A DNA stretch of 64,000 nt. Source: the human T2T-CHM13v2.0 reference genome, Homo sapiens. Shown here in pieces: positions 63,270 through 64,000 of the stretch. A program made the position numbers and the translations under genes. The stretch lies in assembly GCF_009914755.1 (NCBI RefSeq), contig NC_060940.1. One strand, 5' to 3'. The notes beneath the pieces were generated by a model that worked only from the letters and a program-made list of their open reading frames with translations, made no database searches and was not told the origin of the DNA. The stretch's first letter is position 1; each line of letters opens with the position of its first letter.

Positions 63270-63590
63270 AGAGAGTCTGTATATGACACAGATCAGGGAG
63301 AGCAGAACACTTGGGAGGTGACGAGGTCTTGGGGGCCGAGCCCTTATGAATGGGATTAGTGACTTTATAAAAGAAGCTCAATAGAGTTCTTGTGTGCCTC
63401 CCACTATGTGAGGACATAGAAAGAAGGCACCATCTATGAACCATGAAATTGGGTCTCATCAACATTGAATTTGTAAGCATCTTGGCCTGAGATCTTACAG
63501 CCTCAAGAAGTGTGAAAAAAGAAATATCTGTTGTTTTTTAGTCACCCAGTTTATGTTATTTTGTTATAAGAGTCCACATAGACCAAGATA
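63270..63590 (+). mobile_element. MaLR LTR (MLT1A/MST-like)
   Basis: GAGCCCTTATGAATGGGATTAGTGACTTTATAAAAGA...AAATATCTGTTGTTTTTAGTCACCCAGT. Confidence 0.75.
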
Positions 63591-63689
63591 TTCCACTTAA
63601 TATGTAGGGGAAGGCAACAAAAACTGCCACACATAGAATACTCCTGATGCTGGGAGTATGAAAACAGGAAAAACAAAACAAAACTGCTC

Positions 63690-64000
63690 TTGAAGGTGAA
63701 GGAGGAATATCACTGAGCTCACCAACACAGCCAGGAAAAGAACAGAAGTGTGAGAATGCTACATTCGTGAGACCCTGAGAAAAAGTACCTGCATAAGACT
63801 GAGATGAAATTACCTACTCTAGTTATGATTGAAATCCCAAAAAGAAAAGAGGGAAAAATAATGGAGCAAAAGAAAAATTTTTCAAAATAACTGCCAAAAA
63901 TATTCTAAAAGAAGTGACAGAAAATCAAACTTCAAATCTAGGAAAACTCAGAGAATGTCAAATAGAACAAAAAGAAATAAGAATTACATCTTGAAAAATC
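63690..64000 (+). mobile_element. Old L1M ORF1 fragment
   Basis: A-rich; GTTATGATTGAAATCCCAAAAAGAAAAGAGGG...GAAAACTCAGAGAAT. Confidence 0.55.

Noticed and set aside
60778-64000. Continuation of the PKS beyond HSATII
   Set aside because: Only L1M, LTR and MaLR remnants seen; no KS/AT/DH motifs recognised.

Overview
Primate (almost certainly human) pericentromeric, segmental-duplication-type DNA. It has no intact conventional gene and is dominated by repeats: about 27 Alus, several L1s, MIR/L2, MLT1, MER41A, MER50, MER1A, MER75, a solo SST1 unit and a 16.5 kb HSATII block (44265-60778). Two things stand out. (1) On the minus strand, an L1PA 5'UTR+ORF1 (11910-9889) is fused directly to a type-1 HERV-K(HML-2) env plus a complete LTR5_Hs (9890-7141). 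This retains a 550-aa env ORF and an intact spliced 74-aa Np9, and it puts the L1 sense promoter where the lost 5' LTR was. (2) At 41648-44262 (minus) is a decayed 3' end of a vertebrate-type iterative type I polyketide synthase (ER-like/KR/ACP, no TE). It is split by an L1 with a perfect TSD, carries an internal duplication and is cut off by HSATII. Also present: a scrambled L1PB inside a single 14-bp TSD, an ERV1 pol/env fossil, and a 3.3-kb GC-rich gene-like insert with a CpG island. From recall only, the 2.7-kb env+LTR HML-2 fragment next to HSATII fits the human 16p11.2 locus in reverse orientation; this was not verified. Repeat boundaries and subfamily names were read by eye and are approximate.
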